64,000 nt of DNA, taken from NCBI GenBank assembly GCA_051294905.1, contig CM119372.1, forward strand, positions 4,962,001 to 5,026,000. The letters are read 5' to 3'. The notes beneath the pieces are model-generated. The model saw only the letters and a program-made list of their open reading frames with translations. It did no database searches and was not told the origin of the DNA. The DNA comes from Botryllus schlosseri (taxonomy: Eukaryota). Position numbers and translations under genes: made by a program. Shown here one piece after another: positions 24,001-37,372 of the stretch. The stretch's first letter is position 1. Every line of letters begins with the position of its first letter.

Positions 24001-27000
24001 AAAAAATCGCGACTGCGAGTCATTGCAAACCTGGTTGGTGGTTGCTTCTACTTCTACTCGAGTACCAACAATGACTAATACTTTAACCACTTTTGCGTCA
24101 ATCAAATGCATACATCCAAGCATTATAATCCCGTCACATTCAAGAAATGTTTGGTTTCAAAGACTCTACCAGCGTACGCACGTTTTTTACAATCATTCCC
24201 CAGGAAATGTGATGCAGAACACAATAACGCAATCCCAATACCAACCTGGACAGCTTCGATTCAACTTCGCAGGCAATCTTCTCCGCAGTAGCGCGTAGCT
24301 CGGATTTTTTCAACACAAATCCGTGGTCGGCCATGCAGAGCTTAACGGCTGCGCCGTGCACCAAGGTCTGAAAAGAAAGAAAGGAGATGAGGAATGAAGA
24401 TTAATTAAACTATTCCATGAACTAGAACCCAATCTCCCAGGAGTCGGAAACTGGCTGTCACGACATATGGCATATCCGAAAATGGAGCAGCGCTGGGAAT
24501 AGAAAATAACAAGAAAAGAATTCTTCAATGCTGTCCACCAGTCACATTTATAATCGACAGGTCTCCTCCCAAGAGATATGCCTTCCTGTACACCAACACT
24601 CCATATACACAATGGCAATGTCAGAGAAAATGAACCATCAAATAAAATATTGATAAGTAGACAAACTAAGAAAGGGCAATGCAACCAGTAGCCCAGTGGG
24701 AATTACCAGCTTGTTTTGCAAATGATGTAGAGAAATCTATTCCCGGTATGGCACTGGCATTACAGCCCCCCTAGAGACATCTAGCACGCAAGGATGGTAT
24801 TTCTCAAGGGGAAAAACTAGTATTGGCTTATTCCATATCCTCCTATGAACAACACCAATCCAGTAAATGGACACTGGAGTGACATCAAGATAAGAAGCGT
24901 ATACCTCATGCCTTCCTGAGGAGTGTGCTCCCACAATCATGTTTTTCTTGATATACTCTGCAAACAATGATTCTAAATTACTACGGTCATCGTTGCTGAC
25001 GGCAGTGGCAATGTCTTTCAAGCTTCTGTCCGCCTGCAAAGGCAAAGTGCATCAGCACGGGTGATAGACAATATCATCTCACAGCGTCATACCTGCAATC
25101 GACGTAAAACCTCTTTTGAAGACATCATTTGGGAAGATGAGAATCTCTGTACAAGACTGTCTACAAGGATTGATGTATAACCATCATCGTTCATCTACAA
25201 ATGACATACAGAGAGTGAACATGCAACTTCAGTAATGAGGAAATCTACCTGACCTCTTTTTCTGTTGTCTTGTTGCCTTTCGGTGTTCGTTCGTAATATC
25301 GTTTGCAACCAGAATTACCGAGTTTAAATACATTGTTGCCATTTTGCGATCTGCTCACGTACGCTGTCCCACCAGAGGTCTAAGTAAATAGAAAATTTGT
25401 GGTGAGCCTCACTTCTGCACGATGAATACAAAAAGTAGAGGTGCAGAAATAGGAATTAGGATCATAATTAATTATCAAGCACCCGATTGATGATCATCCT
25501 CCTGTGACTACATAATATATATCCAGAAACAAGATAACATTACTAGCTCAAAATGTTACTTGGACGAGTGAAACAGACAGGGTTGAATTGTTAGGCATGG
25601 GAATTCGTTGCGAGTACAATAACAGGAGATACATTGATTGAAAGACAATAATACCAAGATAAAGATAATAGTCTCAGCGAAGGCATTGACGGAACAGAAT
25701 TTTGATAAGGCTACAATATTATTGATAAATTCAGTCTTGAAATAGGCATTGAAAACAAGTATATAATTGTCACTAAGTGATATGATAGGGGTTTAGAGGT
25801 AAGAAATTCTGGTTTTGATGCATACAACCTTTTTTCTGACCATCCTCGTACACGAATTAAAGATTCATACTTTGCATGTATTGTCGAAAAATTTGTTGCT
25901 GACAAATATGTGTCAACGTGAATGTAGAGATTGCTGAATGCAGTTGAATAACATCGTTCGATACTTTATCACGACTAGACTAACCGTAGTGGTCATGCAC
26001 GTCGCGTCTGTTCGATGTGGTGCCGCCGCACCTTTCAATTCAACGCTTACTGGCATGATGGGCAGGGCATGATTTCGAAACTGCAAAAATGCATGGCATC
26101 ACCGGACATTTAAACAGGATATGCCATAAAATTTGCAGCAATTGCACAGTCACCCTTATCTGAATCTTCTAAACAGCACATACTGGTACATGTAAAGCTG
26201 AATCATCAACATTTTACAAGCTTCATTAGTTTAATGAACATCATAGTATGGAACGTTTAGGTCAGGGGTGGCCAACCTTTTTGCTATTCACGGCGGCATT
26301 TCGATTACTTATGTAGTCTACGGCTGCATTCCAGAGCATATCCGTAATGAACTAACTGGACGATATATACCCATGTTAAACAATAACCAACTTTTTCATA
26401 ACGGCTTACTATACCAAAACCGCGAGTGGGCATGTTATGGATAACCACTGGGATTTATTATGGTTTTCAGACTCTTCAGATTCACAAATGAATTTCGTCA
26501 TTATTATGAATTCTTCCCATGTGATTAAATTCACCGTTAGAGTTGATGACAGAGAGTGCTTTCATATATAAGTGTGGGGCTCAGATTGAAAAGGGCGCTG
26601 CTATATTAAAATGGAAAGATGAAGTCGCATTGAATCGCGTGTAGCACGAAGAAAATAGCATGATCAATTAAAACCTCTCTAAAATTCGAGATTCAATTTG
26701 TAAATTCAATTTGCATGTCGACAGCGGCCGACACATAATAATTGAATTACGTGTCTACGGCAGCAGGTTGGCCACCCCGGCTTTAGGTGGTTAGCAGTAA
26801 ATTTGCATTCAATTTCATTGCTGAATCAACTCTGTTTATTGAGGAGCCTTTATTAGAGGGTGTATGAATTGATGGGTTCGAACGGTAACAAGAACAGCTT
26901 CAACGAACAACATGAATTTATATCTATGGCGTCAGTATTAGACGTATGCATGCACATCCTGTTAGTTATCTAGAACTACATGAACTACAAGCTGTAATTA

Positions 27001-27876
27001 AATTTTAATCATATACTTGGTGTATTATGTGTATTCAGTAATCTATAAGACTAGGCTAGTCACTTCAGTTATGAATGAAAAGTAGGCCTACTCATGTAAT
27101 CAGGAATACTTTTAGAAAGATTCCATAGTTTCATGATTTCAAGCACAGAGAAAACTTTCTTCATGTGCATTGTAACAAATACAGTTGGAAGTAGCAATTT
27201 TTTGTTCTGGAATGGTAGGCCCAGGCCTACAATTGCATCACTCCATCAAGTCAAAATAAAAAAATTTGCTCACATTTGGATTTGATGATCGGAACAAATT
27301 AGGTTGAGTAACCCATTCTTGAAGAGACTTTTGCAGTCTTCTGACGTGCAATGGCTTACATGCCATTCCAACAAGGGCCATAATCTCCAGAAACTCTTCT
27401 TCACCTGCTTCACATAATTGCTGTACATCATCACCACCTATCAAAAATAACGATAAATATATCAATCACACAAAACTTCAAGTATACATTTTAACCTTAC
27501 TTCTGTAATGGGTAACTGATGATCTATTTTGAGACAAAATTTAGGCCGTCACCACCATGATACAAGTGGTAACTTTATGCAGATATGTCGTAACTATAAA
27601 AGTCGGCGCAAAATACATGATATATGTACCAACCAAAGATTGATAGATATTCATGATCAACAACATATAGAATACAGCATCTAACATCTAATGACCACTT
27701 TTGCAGTTATTTTCCTATTAGCTCAGCGTAGGTCAAGCCAAAAGCAACTAGAAACCGGAATATCGGACCAACCAACCTTGAGATATAAACGATTCGTAGT
27801 ATGATAACAGGTTCGCTCTCTGTAATACTTTAAACAGCTGTATTTCTCCGGCCGTCATCGGTTTTGCAGACGACAT
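21087..27876 (-). CDS. NAB: NGFI-A/EGR-binding co-repressor NAB; exons 27876-27777, 27437-27274, 26080-25985, 25379-25254, 25194-25093, 25033-24905, 24367-24246, 23389-23353, 23291-23172, 22349-22245, 22197-21990, 21199-21087
   Basis: NCD1 is very clear: [73 protein letters not shown]2-like segment: [35 protein letters not shown]. The remaining exons were joined by in-phase GT-AG junctions; middle and last exons are less certain. Confidence 0.9.
21678..21967. mobile_element. hAT MITE in the last NAB intron
   Basis: CAGTGATTCTTGACC...GGTCAAGAACCGCTG; TSD CTCTAGCC / CTCTAGCT (7/8). Confidence 0.8.
22486..22916. mobile_element. TAGGGTTACC-family hAT MITE in a NAB intron
   Basis: TAGGGTTACCG...CGGTAACCCTG; TSD TTGTAATG / TTGTCATG (7/8); inverted homology to 10606-10957. 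Confidence 0.85.
23552..24033. mobile_element. GACTCGAGTC-family hAT MITE in a NAB intron
   Basis: CAGGATTGTAA...TTGCAAACCTG with GAGTCA arrays; similar to 19283-19572; no clean TSD. Confidence 0.7.
26263..26780. mobile_element. hAT (Charlie-like) MITE in a NAB intron
   Basis: CAGGGGTGGCCAACC...GGTTGGCCACCCCGG; TSD GTTTAGGT / CTTTAGGT (7/8). Confidence 0.85.
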
Positions 27877-28227
27877 TGCAGAACGTACTTTGGCTGAATG
27901 CGAATAGAGAATCGCTGCAGAATTGATCAACTCACATAACTCTATAAAGCTCTCTGCTGAGAAGTTTCAGGCACTAATGCTAGGTACCGTTGCGAGTTGC
28001 AAACGAGTTCGTGCATTTTCTGCTGCTTTCACTAGTTGCTCCATAGCTCCTCCTAGCATATAAAAATTTGTCCATGTTCGTCTGCTGTCAGCATTGATTT
28101 AGCAAGTTAGCAACATAAGTTTACTACAATGAGTGTTGAAATCATGCGATAGTTACGAAAGATGAAAGTATCAGGTGAAATAATGATCGAATGGAAGAAG
28201 TCTCCATGATGGGGGTATGAAATATGG

Positions 28228-28404
28228 AGTCAGTCAGTCAGTCAGGTATATTAATATTTTCATCGTTTCAAAACATCACAAGACTGCGATACAATGAAAA
28301 GATAGGAGGGTGTCGAAACAACTTGGAGTAGCCATTAAGATCAGACACCCACCTTAGCCTAGGCGAAGTAAATAAGAGCCATGCACACTGAATGAAAAGT
28401 AATG
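28228..28404 (-). mobile_element. Short 3'-end copy of the (GACT)n-tailed LINE
   Basis: Reverse complement of about 30590-30762, including the (GACT)n tail. Confidence 0.9.
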
Positions 28405-29507
28405 GATTCGAATCTTGGCTCGACGACATACATAAGTTGAGGATCTAAAGTTGTGGCTTTTGTAGAATTTTGCCGTCTCCTCAAACTTTCTTCAGCTGTC
28501 GAGTAATATATTATAGGTAACTAATCTACGGGAACCTACGGGAGTCGGCTGTCAGCCTTCGACAAGGTGAGCCACAAATCCGGGGGGAGTCTAAAATTAC
28601 GACGGATGTGACGGGAGCACTGTTAGCGACGTGACCGACGAAGACGTGGATCCATCATTATGATAATAAAATTTCTATCAGATTCCCCCGATTATTATTG
28701 TACCGGGATCAAGTCCCGCTATCGGGTAGGTTATTCTGGACTCCTTGTTCAATGTCCACCGTGTCGCTGTTCTTACGGATACTCAAAAGGACCAGGAAAA
28801 AGAACCGGTAAAGAATAAAAATAGACCAGACCGAGCAAGAACGAAAAAAAAACGACGAAGATTAGGTCGAAAATACTGTGACATCGGGCACTCAGCCAAA
28901 TGCTGTGAGTGTCTTGGGCAGATGAAAATATATTCTGACGAATATTTATTTGATATAAGGTTTGGGATATATGCTTATCGGACTATTATGAGAGCAATCT
29001 TCATGGCAACTGGGCGAAACAAACCCGCCTCAGCGAGTAAAAGTATTCATGTCAAAACTATATCAACTAGGAGTAATATAGGGCAATACATTCTTATTAA
29101 TGTTCAATGTCCATTCTCGACAATGTACATGATCAGTGTTGGTACGTTTACCATATTTGGAGATTGAAAAAAGCAGGTCATTTTACGATTTGACTCCCGA
29201 AATACCAGCTTTCGCCTTATATTATTAGTGTTAACTAAAAAAACATTATTTTTCTGATTTGACTCCCGCGTAACCCGTCGTCTATATTTTGTTGGTCCAA
29301 AATTTAACGTCTTTCGTGGTCTTTTTGGGCATAGGGCAAAAAGGAAGAAAGATTGTCAAAAAGGAGAACATTTGGGCGAAAAGGGGACCTTTCTTCAAAA
29401 TGGAGGACGTATTCTGGTAACCCTAAAAGGTCCCTAAATAATGGTGTTCTCGGTATTCGTTTGTAAAACCCTATCAAACTATAACAACCTCATTTCGGAT
29501 TACTAGT

Positions 29508-31916
29508 GAGGTGGTGGTAACGAAGTACTTCTACTTTTTCGAAGTACTCAAGTAGTTTTCCTCTACTTCTGGTACTGACTCAAGTATATATTTTTTTCGC
29601 TACCTCTACTCCTACTTCGTAATATTTTGTGAACTACTTATACTTACTTTTCGCTATTTTCAGTTTATCAAGTAGAAGTAGTTTAATCCCCCAATAAGAA
29701 AGATAACCTAAGGAATTTGGGGGCCGTCACCAGTGATCAAATGCCCAAAGTGCATGAGTGGACGTCCCATAATAGCCTTCGGGTTAACGCTGCGAAATCC
29801 CAATTATTGGTCGTGAACTCCTGCGATAACCTAACCGTTGACATCGCTGGCCAACCAATTTCCAACACTAAAAATGCCAAATACCTTGGTGTTTTACTGG
29901 ATTCGGACATGTCCTGAAAGAGTCACATACAATCACTCAAACCACGACTATCGAAGGTATGCGGTCTATTTCGCCGCCTTAGCTACATTCTGCCAGTCAG
30001 CGTGCTGTTGATACTCTTCAACTCTCTATTCCTATCAAAGTTACAATACGGAATTCTTTGTTGGGGTGCTGCCTGCAAGAATACAATTGACCCACTGCAA
30101 AAACTTCAACATCGGATCATCCGTATCATTGCCAAAGCCCCGCGGGGGCCTGGATGTGCAACTGATAAATCGCTTCTCAAAAGATTTGGTGTTCTAAACT
30201 TAGAAGATATGAGGAAGCTAGAAATTGCCAAGTTTATGTATCAGTTCCATTGCGGTCAATGTCCCTCAAATTTCAAGGACTACTTCACCTCGGAGACAAA
30301 AGCGCACAAGTACAGCACACGCGCGTCAACGAAGAACAACTACCATATGATCAGGACTGAATACAAGAAAACGCATTGCTCTATCAAGTATGCCGGATCT
30401 CAATTGTGGAACAGCATCTCGCTGGCTATCCGACAGTCGTCGAGCATGTCCGCATTCAAGTCGAAATACAAGCAATTTCTTCTAAATCAATACTAGCCAG
30501 TCTTCAGGTTTACCGGACCACGACCTAACATCGACCTCGCCCTCCGCCACATGCCACCCCATTTTGTCGCTTGCGTCTTATATTCTCTGCATTACTTTTC
30601 ATTCAGTGTGCATGCCTCTTATTTACTTCGCCTAGGCTAAGGTGGGTGTCTGATCTTAATGGCTACTCCAAGTTGTTTCGACACCTTCCTATCTTTTCAT
30701 TGTATCGCAATCTTGTGATGTTTTGAAACGATGAAAATATTAATAAACCTGACTGACTGACTGGGCTGTTTTCACGTAGTACCAACATTTAATTTTGATA
30801 AAAGTCATGCGATACCCTGAATTTTCGTTGCGCTTCGGGCATAATAGATATGGAGTGACAAATCTGTTTTAACGAAAGTATCGCTGAATATAATTTAGAT
30901 ACCGGGTTGCGTGGTTCCGTTCACACTGCATTGTCGCCTATATCAAATACTTCATCACAGAAAGTATGGCCCCATAACGTTTGAAACTTCCGTCTCGCAA
31001 TCTACCTATTATACCTAGCAGCCCATGACGTGTCCTAATCTGGAAAAGTGGACTTTGACTTTTTCAACGTTAGACCTGTTTTAGTAGACCACCGTTGAAA
31101 CTTTCTGGACAAAGACATGAAAGTTATTTTCCGCTTGTTAGAAGTAGTATTTGTATTCTAATTATAGTTTCAGTTTTCTGTTTGGAGAACATACATGTGG
31201 AAGCATAAAAGCAAGTGTAGTGATGCCTTATATTTTCCGAAAATAAAGCTATACACTATATCTCATTTTTTCGATCTGCCATATTTGTAATTAAACTTAT
31301 CACGCGAAGTGTTAAAGCCGTATCCGACACAACTTCTCCGTATTGTTCCTCGACTGAACTAGGGGCCTTATAATATGGGGACGGCGCCATGCCATGATAT
31401 TCTCTAAAACGGGGTGTTCGAGAAAACAAAGAATTATATCATTGCATTTCCATATCACTACTAACATTTACATCCCATGATGTGGACGACTGCTTATTCT
31501 GTCAAAAATTTACATCTCCTGGGATGCATCAAAATGAATCAAGCTCTCACCCCTCCCGCATAGCTTCATTTGCAGCTTTTGACATTCCAGGAGAACAAAA
31601 TATGATCGTTTTCGCAACTACATATACTTACTTGAGTAGATTTAAAGTCAATCAATTCTACTTCTACTTCAAGTAATTCTAGGTTCCACATGAAAGAAGT
31701 ACTTCTACTCGTACTTGAGTGGATTTTCCGTCGCTATTTCTACTTGAGTAGCTTTCTGGACTTGACCACCTCTGTTTATTACTGCTTCTCACAACCATAC
31801 GCACTTTACTTGAGTAGATTTTAGCGTCGATACTTCTATTTCTACCTAAAGTAGTGTTATGATGACACTACTTCTACTTCTACTTGAGTGAATTTCTTGA
31901 CTACTTTGACCACCTC
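29508..31916. mobile_element. TACTT-repeat hAT-like element remnants interrupted by the LINE; boundaries approximate
   Basis: GAGGTGGTGGTAACGAAGTACTTCTAC start, similar to 2768; TACTTGAGTAG arrays at 31625-31915 ending in GACCACCTC; no clear TSD. Confidence 0.55.
29700..30762 (+). mobile_element. 5'-truncated L2/CR1-group LINE (RT C-terminus, 3' UTR, (GACT)n tail)
   Basis: WTSHNSLRVNAAKS...KYLGVLLDSDMS*KSHI...SKLQYGILCWG...LQKLQHRIIRII...HKYSTR...SIKYAGSQLWNSI...FKSKYKQFLL; in-frame TGA at 29915-29917; AATAAA then GACTGACTGACT. Confidence 0.93.
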
Positions 31917-33541
31917 GGGGTCAAATCAAATCCTATGCTATTATTTATGCCCGATGAAAAACCGTGTTCGATTATGATTTTTCACGTCACAAATGAATTC
32001 GATAAGATGCGAGATGATGTCTAAATATGGATGAAACGCGTGGTAGACGAGAAACCTTGTAAATGGTTCACGTTTTTTTTTGTGGTCGTCGCCGCTTGCA
32101 GAGCCCCCGTCGCTATCGTCATTTCTTTCGATGTAACAAAATTACCGGTATTCCGGAGTTGAGGAATGCTTCTCTTTCAGGGTTCGCCGTATCGACAAGT
32201 AGTTACCCGACTTGGCCAACAACGCTGAACGCTCCACAGAGTTTCTCGCATTTTGATATTGGTTCTGTACTTCTTGACAGCATTGGATAGGGGCTTGTTT
32301 TTTGTGCGATAGTGAGTTAACTTTCTTTAGCGTGGAGACTTGTAATTGGTTGTTTACCAATCCGATGTTGAGTACCGGTACTATACCCGTCACATTTCTT
32401 CTCATTTCGTCATTTCAAAATGGATGATCGAAGCCAGTAAAATGTATCAATAGTTTTCGTTGGCGAATGACTGAAGTTCAAGACTAGTATCATCTAGTAA
32501 TTCAAGTTGTAGTAGTATAGCCTACTACAACGGGAATTAGCTATAGCAGCACATTGTGTCGTTTAATAAGTAATTCATTATCGAATCAGAGAGAAAAGAA
32601 AAGTATTTCCGTCACGCGGATAAAATTTTCCAATCACGCGAGAAATCCGTATGTCACGCACAACATGTTGTCGAAAACAACCGATTCCAGTCTTGGGCAG
32701 TAGAGCTGACCCACCCACCACAAATGCTATACTGATCGGCACAAATGCATCGTCGCCAGTCACCCACCGCGAATGCTAATTATTTTCACTAGCCTCCTTT
32801 TGTTAGTATGGTGCTGTGCTTCGTATATGTAAAGCTAGGGTTGTTTGCAGTTTTCCCGTTATTGGTCAATCAATAAAAATCAATATGCATGAATATTTTG
32901 GAAACAAACTATCCTATAACATGAAACAGAATTTCATATTACATGTACCGTTTTAATAATTGTTATGTGTAGTCTCATATCGAGCTTGATTTATATATCC
33001 ACTACCGTTACGAATTCTTGAGATGATTGGCCTTGCAACTACTAAAACGCTTATATGCGTGACCTTTCACCCCGTTATGTGTGATGAGTATTAGAGGTTG
33101 AACTGAACAAATCATAAACATAGCTAACTCAATATTATGTTGATTTGCTAGAACTTTATTAGCCTTTGATGTCAGTTTCAAAAAGTTCTAAAATTTTACA
33201 TTCAGAATCTAGTGTATCTATTTTGTCAATGTCGCCAAAGCCGATAACTATTCTACTTGAGTAGCATTAGATTTAGAATTAATATATTGATATGTTTTCT
33301 ATATTCGGAACAGCATAGACATTTCAGTTTGATTAGAATTAAATTACCGGCATTTCGCTTTGATTATAGTCTAATTGGACAGCTGGAATTGTAATGCTAC
33401 TTGTGTAGAATGGTTGGCGACATTGGCCAAATAGATACGTACGTCAACATTGCGGCGACATGACAAAATAAATACTCCCTTCAAAATCTATGAACCAAAA
33501 TGATTCTTTTTGCATTTTGTTTCCCATTTAACATTGCAGTG

Positions 33542-34211
33542 CAGGGGTGGGCAATTCTTTTCCTCCGTTGGCCAAATAAGAAGTAGAAAATACGTTGGCG
33601 GGCCGAGTGAAGAATTTTAGCTCTCCAGCGTATTTTCATTTTACCGATACTTCTAAATATCATTGTTAATGAATGCTGTTCAATGAATGTGTTGATGTTA
33701 GGTAATGAGAAAGTGAGTTGATGAAAAATATATATTTGCCGTAATTATTCGAAACAATGTTGAACATGATACTATTTAACTCCATTTAAACCCCTGTACA
33801 AGTTATTCTATTTAGACTCTAAAACAGTGGTTCTCAAAACTTTTTTGAGGTGCGCCTCCTTTTATGATAGTGAAAAATTTCGCGCCCCCCTTATCTTGAT
33901 ATCACAAAATATTAAAAATGTGCAACCATAATGCTAGCGATCCCAACGGATAGTTCGATGGCATGAAAGGTTATTGCTGTTGATGGGGGAATACTGAAAT
34001 ACCAGAGTCGGACAATACTCAGAGCAATAACTATAAGATGGGGTAAATCGCGCGGACCGCGAAACACATTTTCATCAAACTTCGACTTCACGCCCCCCTT
34101 CTGATGTTTTCATGCCTCCACCACCCCGCCGACGTTTTATGTATTGAATTCCAAGCAACCTTTCGTGGGCCGCACAGAATAGCTACGCGGGCCGCACTTT
34201 GCCCAGGTCTG
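33542..34211. mobile_element. hAT MITE directly upstream of CK2-beta, with a second MITE fragment nested from about 33825
   Basis: CAGGGGTGGGCAA...TTGCCCAGGTCTG; TSD TTGCAGTG / TTGTAGTG (7/8); internal CAGTGGTTCTCAA start at about 33825. Confidence 0.75.
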
Positions 34212-34445
34212 TTGTAGTGCATGCTGCTTCGCTGTTGGCTTCATAACAGCTTCAGCTCCTTTGACAACGTGTTGGCAACTAGTTGACTCATCCATACCGG
34301 TTGAGAAAAACCTTGGTGCTGCTGCTTTGTCTTCATTTCTCCAATTGTTATCATAGCAGTGTTGTATCATTTGTACAGCATTCTTTTGCATTGTCAGGGT
34401 ATGTTGCAAAGTAGTCAGTCATAGTTTACTACCTCTACTGTCGTG

Positions 34446-35093
34446 ATGAGTTCTTCGGAAGAGGTTTCATGGATATCATGGTTTTGCGGCCTGAGGGGGA
34501 ATGAATTTTTTTGCGAAGTCGATGAAGATTATATTCAAGATAAATTCAATCTCACGGGCCTCAACGAACAAGTACCACACTACAGACAAGCTTTGGATAT
34601 GATTCTCGATCTGGAACCTGATGATGATCTCGATGATAACCCCAACCAGTCTGATCTAATCGAGCAAGCTGCTGAGATGCTTTACGGCCTCATACACGCC
34701 AGATACATACTGACAAATCGTGGTATCGCACAGATGTTAGAAAAATACCAGCAAGGAGATTTTGGTCATTGCTCAAGAGTTTACTGTGAAAACCAACCGA
34801 CTCTTCCGATCGGGCTGTCGGATGTACCTGGTGAAGCTATGGTCAAGCTCTACTGCCCCAAATGCCTGGATGTGTACACCCCCAAGTCGTCCCGACATCA
34901 CCATACAGATGGAGCATATTTCGGAACTGGATTCCCGCACATGCTCTTCATGGTACACCCGGAATATCGTCCAAAGCGTCCAGTGAACCAATTTACTCCG
35001 CGACTGTTTGGTTTCAAGATACACGCAATGGCGTACCAGTTACAATATCAAGCTGCACAGACGTTCAAGAACCCCACCAAGCTTCGGCATTAG
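34446..35093 (+). CDS. CSNK2B: Casein kinase II regulatory subunit beta, 215 aa, single coding exon
   Basis: [39 protein letters not shown]...acidic loop...CSRVYC...CPKC zinc finger...[29 protein letters not shown]; uninterrupted ORF from ATG 34446 to TAG 35093. Confidence 0.99.
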   Translation: MSSSEEVSWISWFCGLRGNEFFCEVDEDYIQDKFNLTGLNEQVPHYRQALDMILDLEPDDDLDDNPNQSDLIEQAAEMLYGLIHARYILTNRGIAQMLEKYQQGDFGHCSRVYCENQPTLPIGLSDVPGEAMVKLYCPKCLDVYTPKSSRHHHTDGAYFGTGFPHMLFMVHPEYRPKRPVNQFTPRLFGFKIHAMAYQLQYQAAQTFKNPTKLRH

Positions 35094-36087
35094 CAGGACA
35101 CTGACGTGATTAATGTATCGTGATTTTTAGGACTCGCGACCCTACAACAGTTACATTCTTGTTGTTTTGTAAATGTAAAACCCCTACACATAACAATAAT
35201 GCATCGATGGAAATTGACTTGAATACAATGGTCAATTGATTGTTGTTTCGTTTTCTTTTATCACTTTTTTATTTACACTGGTGTTTTGGTACACTTGAGA
35301 GTGAGCTGAGCATACCATAAAATCAGCAGTTGAATATTTTTCTGTATCATCCCCATAGACTTTCGTTGTATTTTAACACGGAAAGAAGATTTTGGCAAGA
35401 CAATGGAAGATCTTAGTGTTTCACAGCAGACTTTCATAGAATGATAGGTTGGCTACTATAGTATGAAATTCGTTATGCAGATCAGCCTACATTACAGTGT
35501 ATGTAGTGTAACGATAGCAACGCATGGCCTCAGTACGCATGCATTAACAGTGCATTGCCTTACCAGGGCTGTGGTGTTGGTTTACTTTACCACTGTCCTA
35601 CATTATTCACAAAAAAAAAATCGTTGGAGTTGAAGCAAACTCCCCAACTTCCCCCCCAAGAGAAAATTTAACGAAACTCTACAGCCCTGGCTGGCTCTGA
35701 CGGTGCTCTGTTACTTTTATCACCTAATCGTTTTATGAGGGTAAAGTTCGTCAAACTAAAGATATATCTGTATCAATATTGGTGACAGACAGTGTGCTGG
35801 GCCTCAACCTGCCATGAAGTACAATTGCAGTGAATATATTGTCCATCAAAAGTATTTCAGCATAGAATATTATCAGTTATGTGGGATTAGTAGTAACATA
35901 GGCTACTCATTAAATGGACACCACAGGGGATGGATAACCGTAGACATATATATTCTGATCTGCTCAAGTCGCACAATGCGATGTAATGAACAGATTGGAA
36001 AGGGTGTTCAAACGACCAGTAAAGGCCTCTTAATCTGCCATCCGCCGTATATGTTCAATTGTTCATCTACTAATGGTGTGCATAATG

Positions 36088-36962
36088 CAGGGATGGCCAA
36101 CCTTTCCAGCCAAAGGGCCACATTCGATTGACGAACTGATGCGCGGGCCACCGATCAAGGATTGTCATCGAAAAACTCACATAACTCCGCTTCTACTGGT
36201 CGGAATTGACTCAAATTTGTTTTGCATCGTCTCTGAAGACAGCTCAACAATTTCGTGGGGTTGGCAGAAAAATTTGAAAATTTTTTCAAAATATTTTACC
36301 TAATAAATTAAAATTTTTAATTGGATCTGCAGAGTCTTATACTTGTTAGAATTGAACCAAATTTGGTGTGCAGCGTTTTTTAGGGTAACCTGACAATTCA
36401 ATCAGTGCATGACTGGAATCCGGGAAAAAAAGTTATTTTTGAACAGCCCTACATATCGATAGTTTCAACCAGCATGCGTCAATCATTTTATGCCTAGTCG
36501 ACGGTCTTTCTGCGAGTGCAAACGCAAAGTCGCATATGTTGAACGACACTCTGTCTCGTAATCGCGAATATAGTTAGATTCAATCTGATACATTAGGCGT
36601 TCTTTCATTTTCACAAGAGGGCAACAATATTGAAAGCAAGAAATCGAGTGACAACATGTTGCGCGAAGCGTGTAGGTAGAGTTTTTTTTTCTTTTGATAA
36701 ATCTATCGCAAATCATTCTGCTTTATTGTAGCCTACTGTACGAAGATCTACCAGTATGTGACTGCCTCGTGGATCTGCCAATGCGTCGGAACTGATATTT
36801 TAGTCATCACATCTCAAGTGTTGCGACCAGACTAATCAAATTTTTGGTTGGCCTCACAAGTTCACAATCTGTGTAATCCATTTTTGATAACATTAGAAAT
36901 TTCGGAAATCACCTCGCGGGCCACTCAAAACCTTCTCGTGGACCACGGGTTGGCCGACCCTG
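36088..36962. mobile_element. hAT (Charlie-like) element, sister of 8737-9413, with an extra internal insert at about 36170-36451
   Basis: CAGGGATGGCCAACC...GGTTGGCCGACCCTG; exact TSD GCATAATG. Confidence 0.92.
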
Positions 36963-37372
36963 GCATAATGCTTATATACAAATCGTGTGTAAATGCCGCA
37001 AAAGCATCAAGGGCAAAAATATACAGCGTCCTATTCCACCTTGGCCTAGTGCCCGGTGTAACAGTGTTCAATCTTGAAGATTCAGCTGTCTTTCTCTAGG
37101 TCGACGCTCTTCCTTACTCTTTCCGCATCCTCCTATGTCAGGGGTCGGCAACCCTTTGCTAGTTGCGGGCCAAATTTCGGGTGTATAACTTTTTGGCGGG
37201 CCGGAATTTTTCTTAGTACTATATTTTACGCTCACTTCGGTATATTATCCTACATTGCTGCAATCTCAATCATACCAATCAGAAGACACATGTATTTACA
37301 CTTCAACAACACAGAATAATTGTGACAATTGACGCAGCTTGCTCTGTGAAAGGTTTTCAACTTCTGGTAACA

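Noticed and set aside
24429..24492. Extra NAB exon ([21 protein letters not shown])
   Set aside because: It has a good acceptor but a weak donor, is 64 nt and shifts the frame. The flanking exons join in frame without it at the HE|TL junction. It could at most be a minor cassette.
28745..29167. 140-aa ORF with a basic tract
   Set aside because: TTG start, low-complexity purine tract, no domain and no splice support; it lies in the NAB upstream region.
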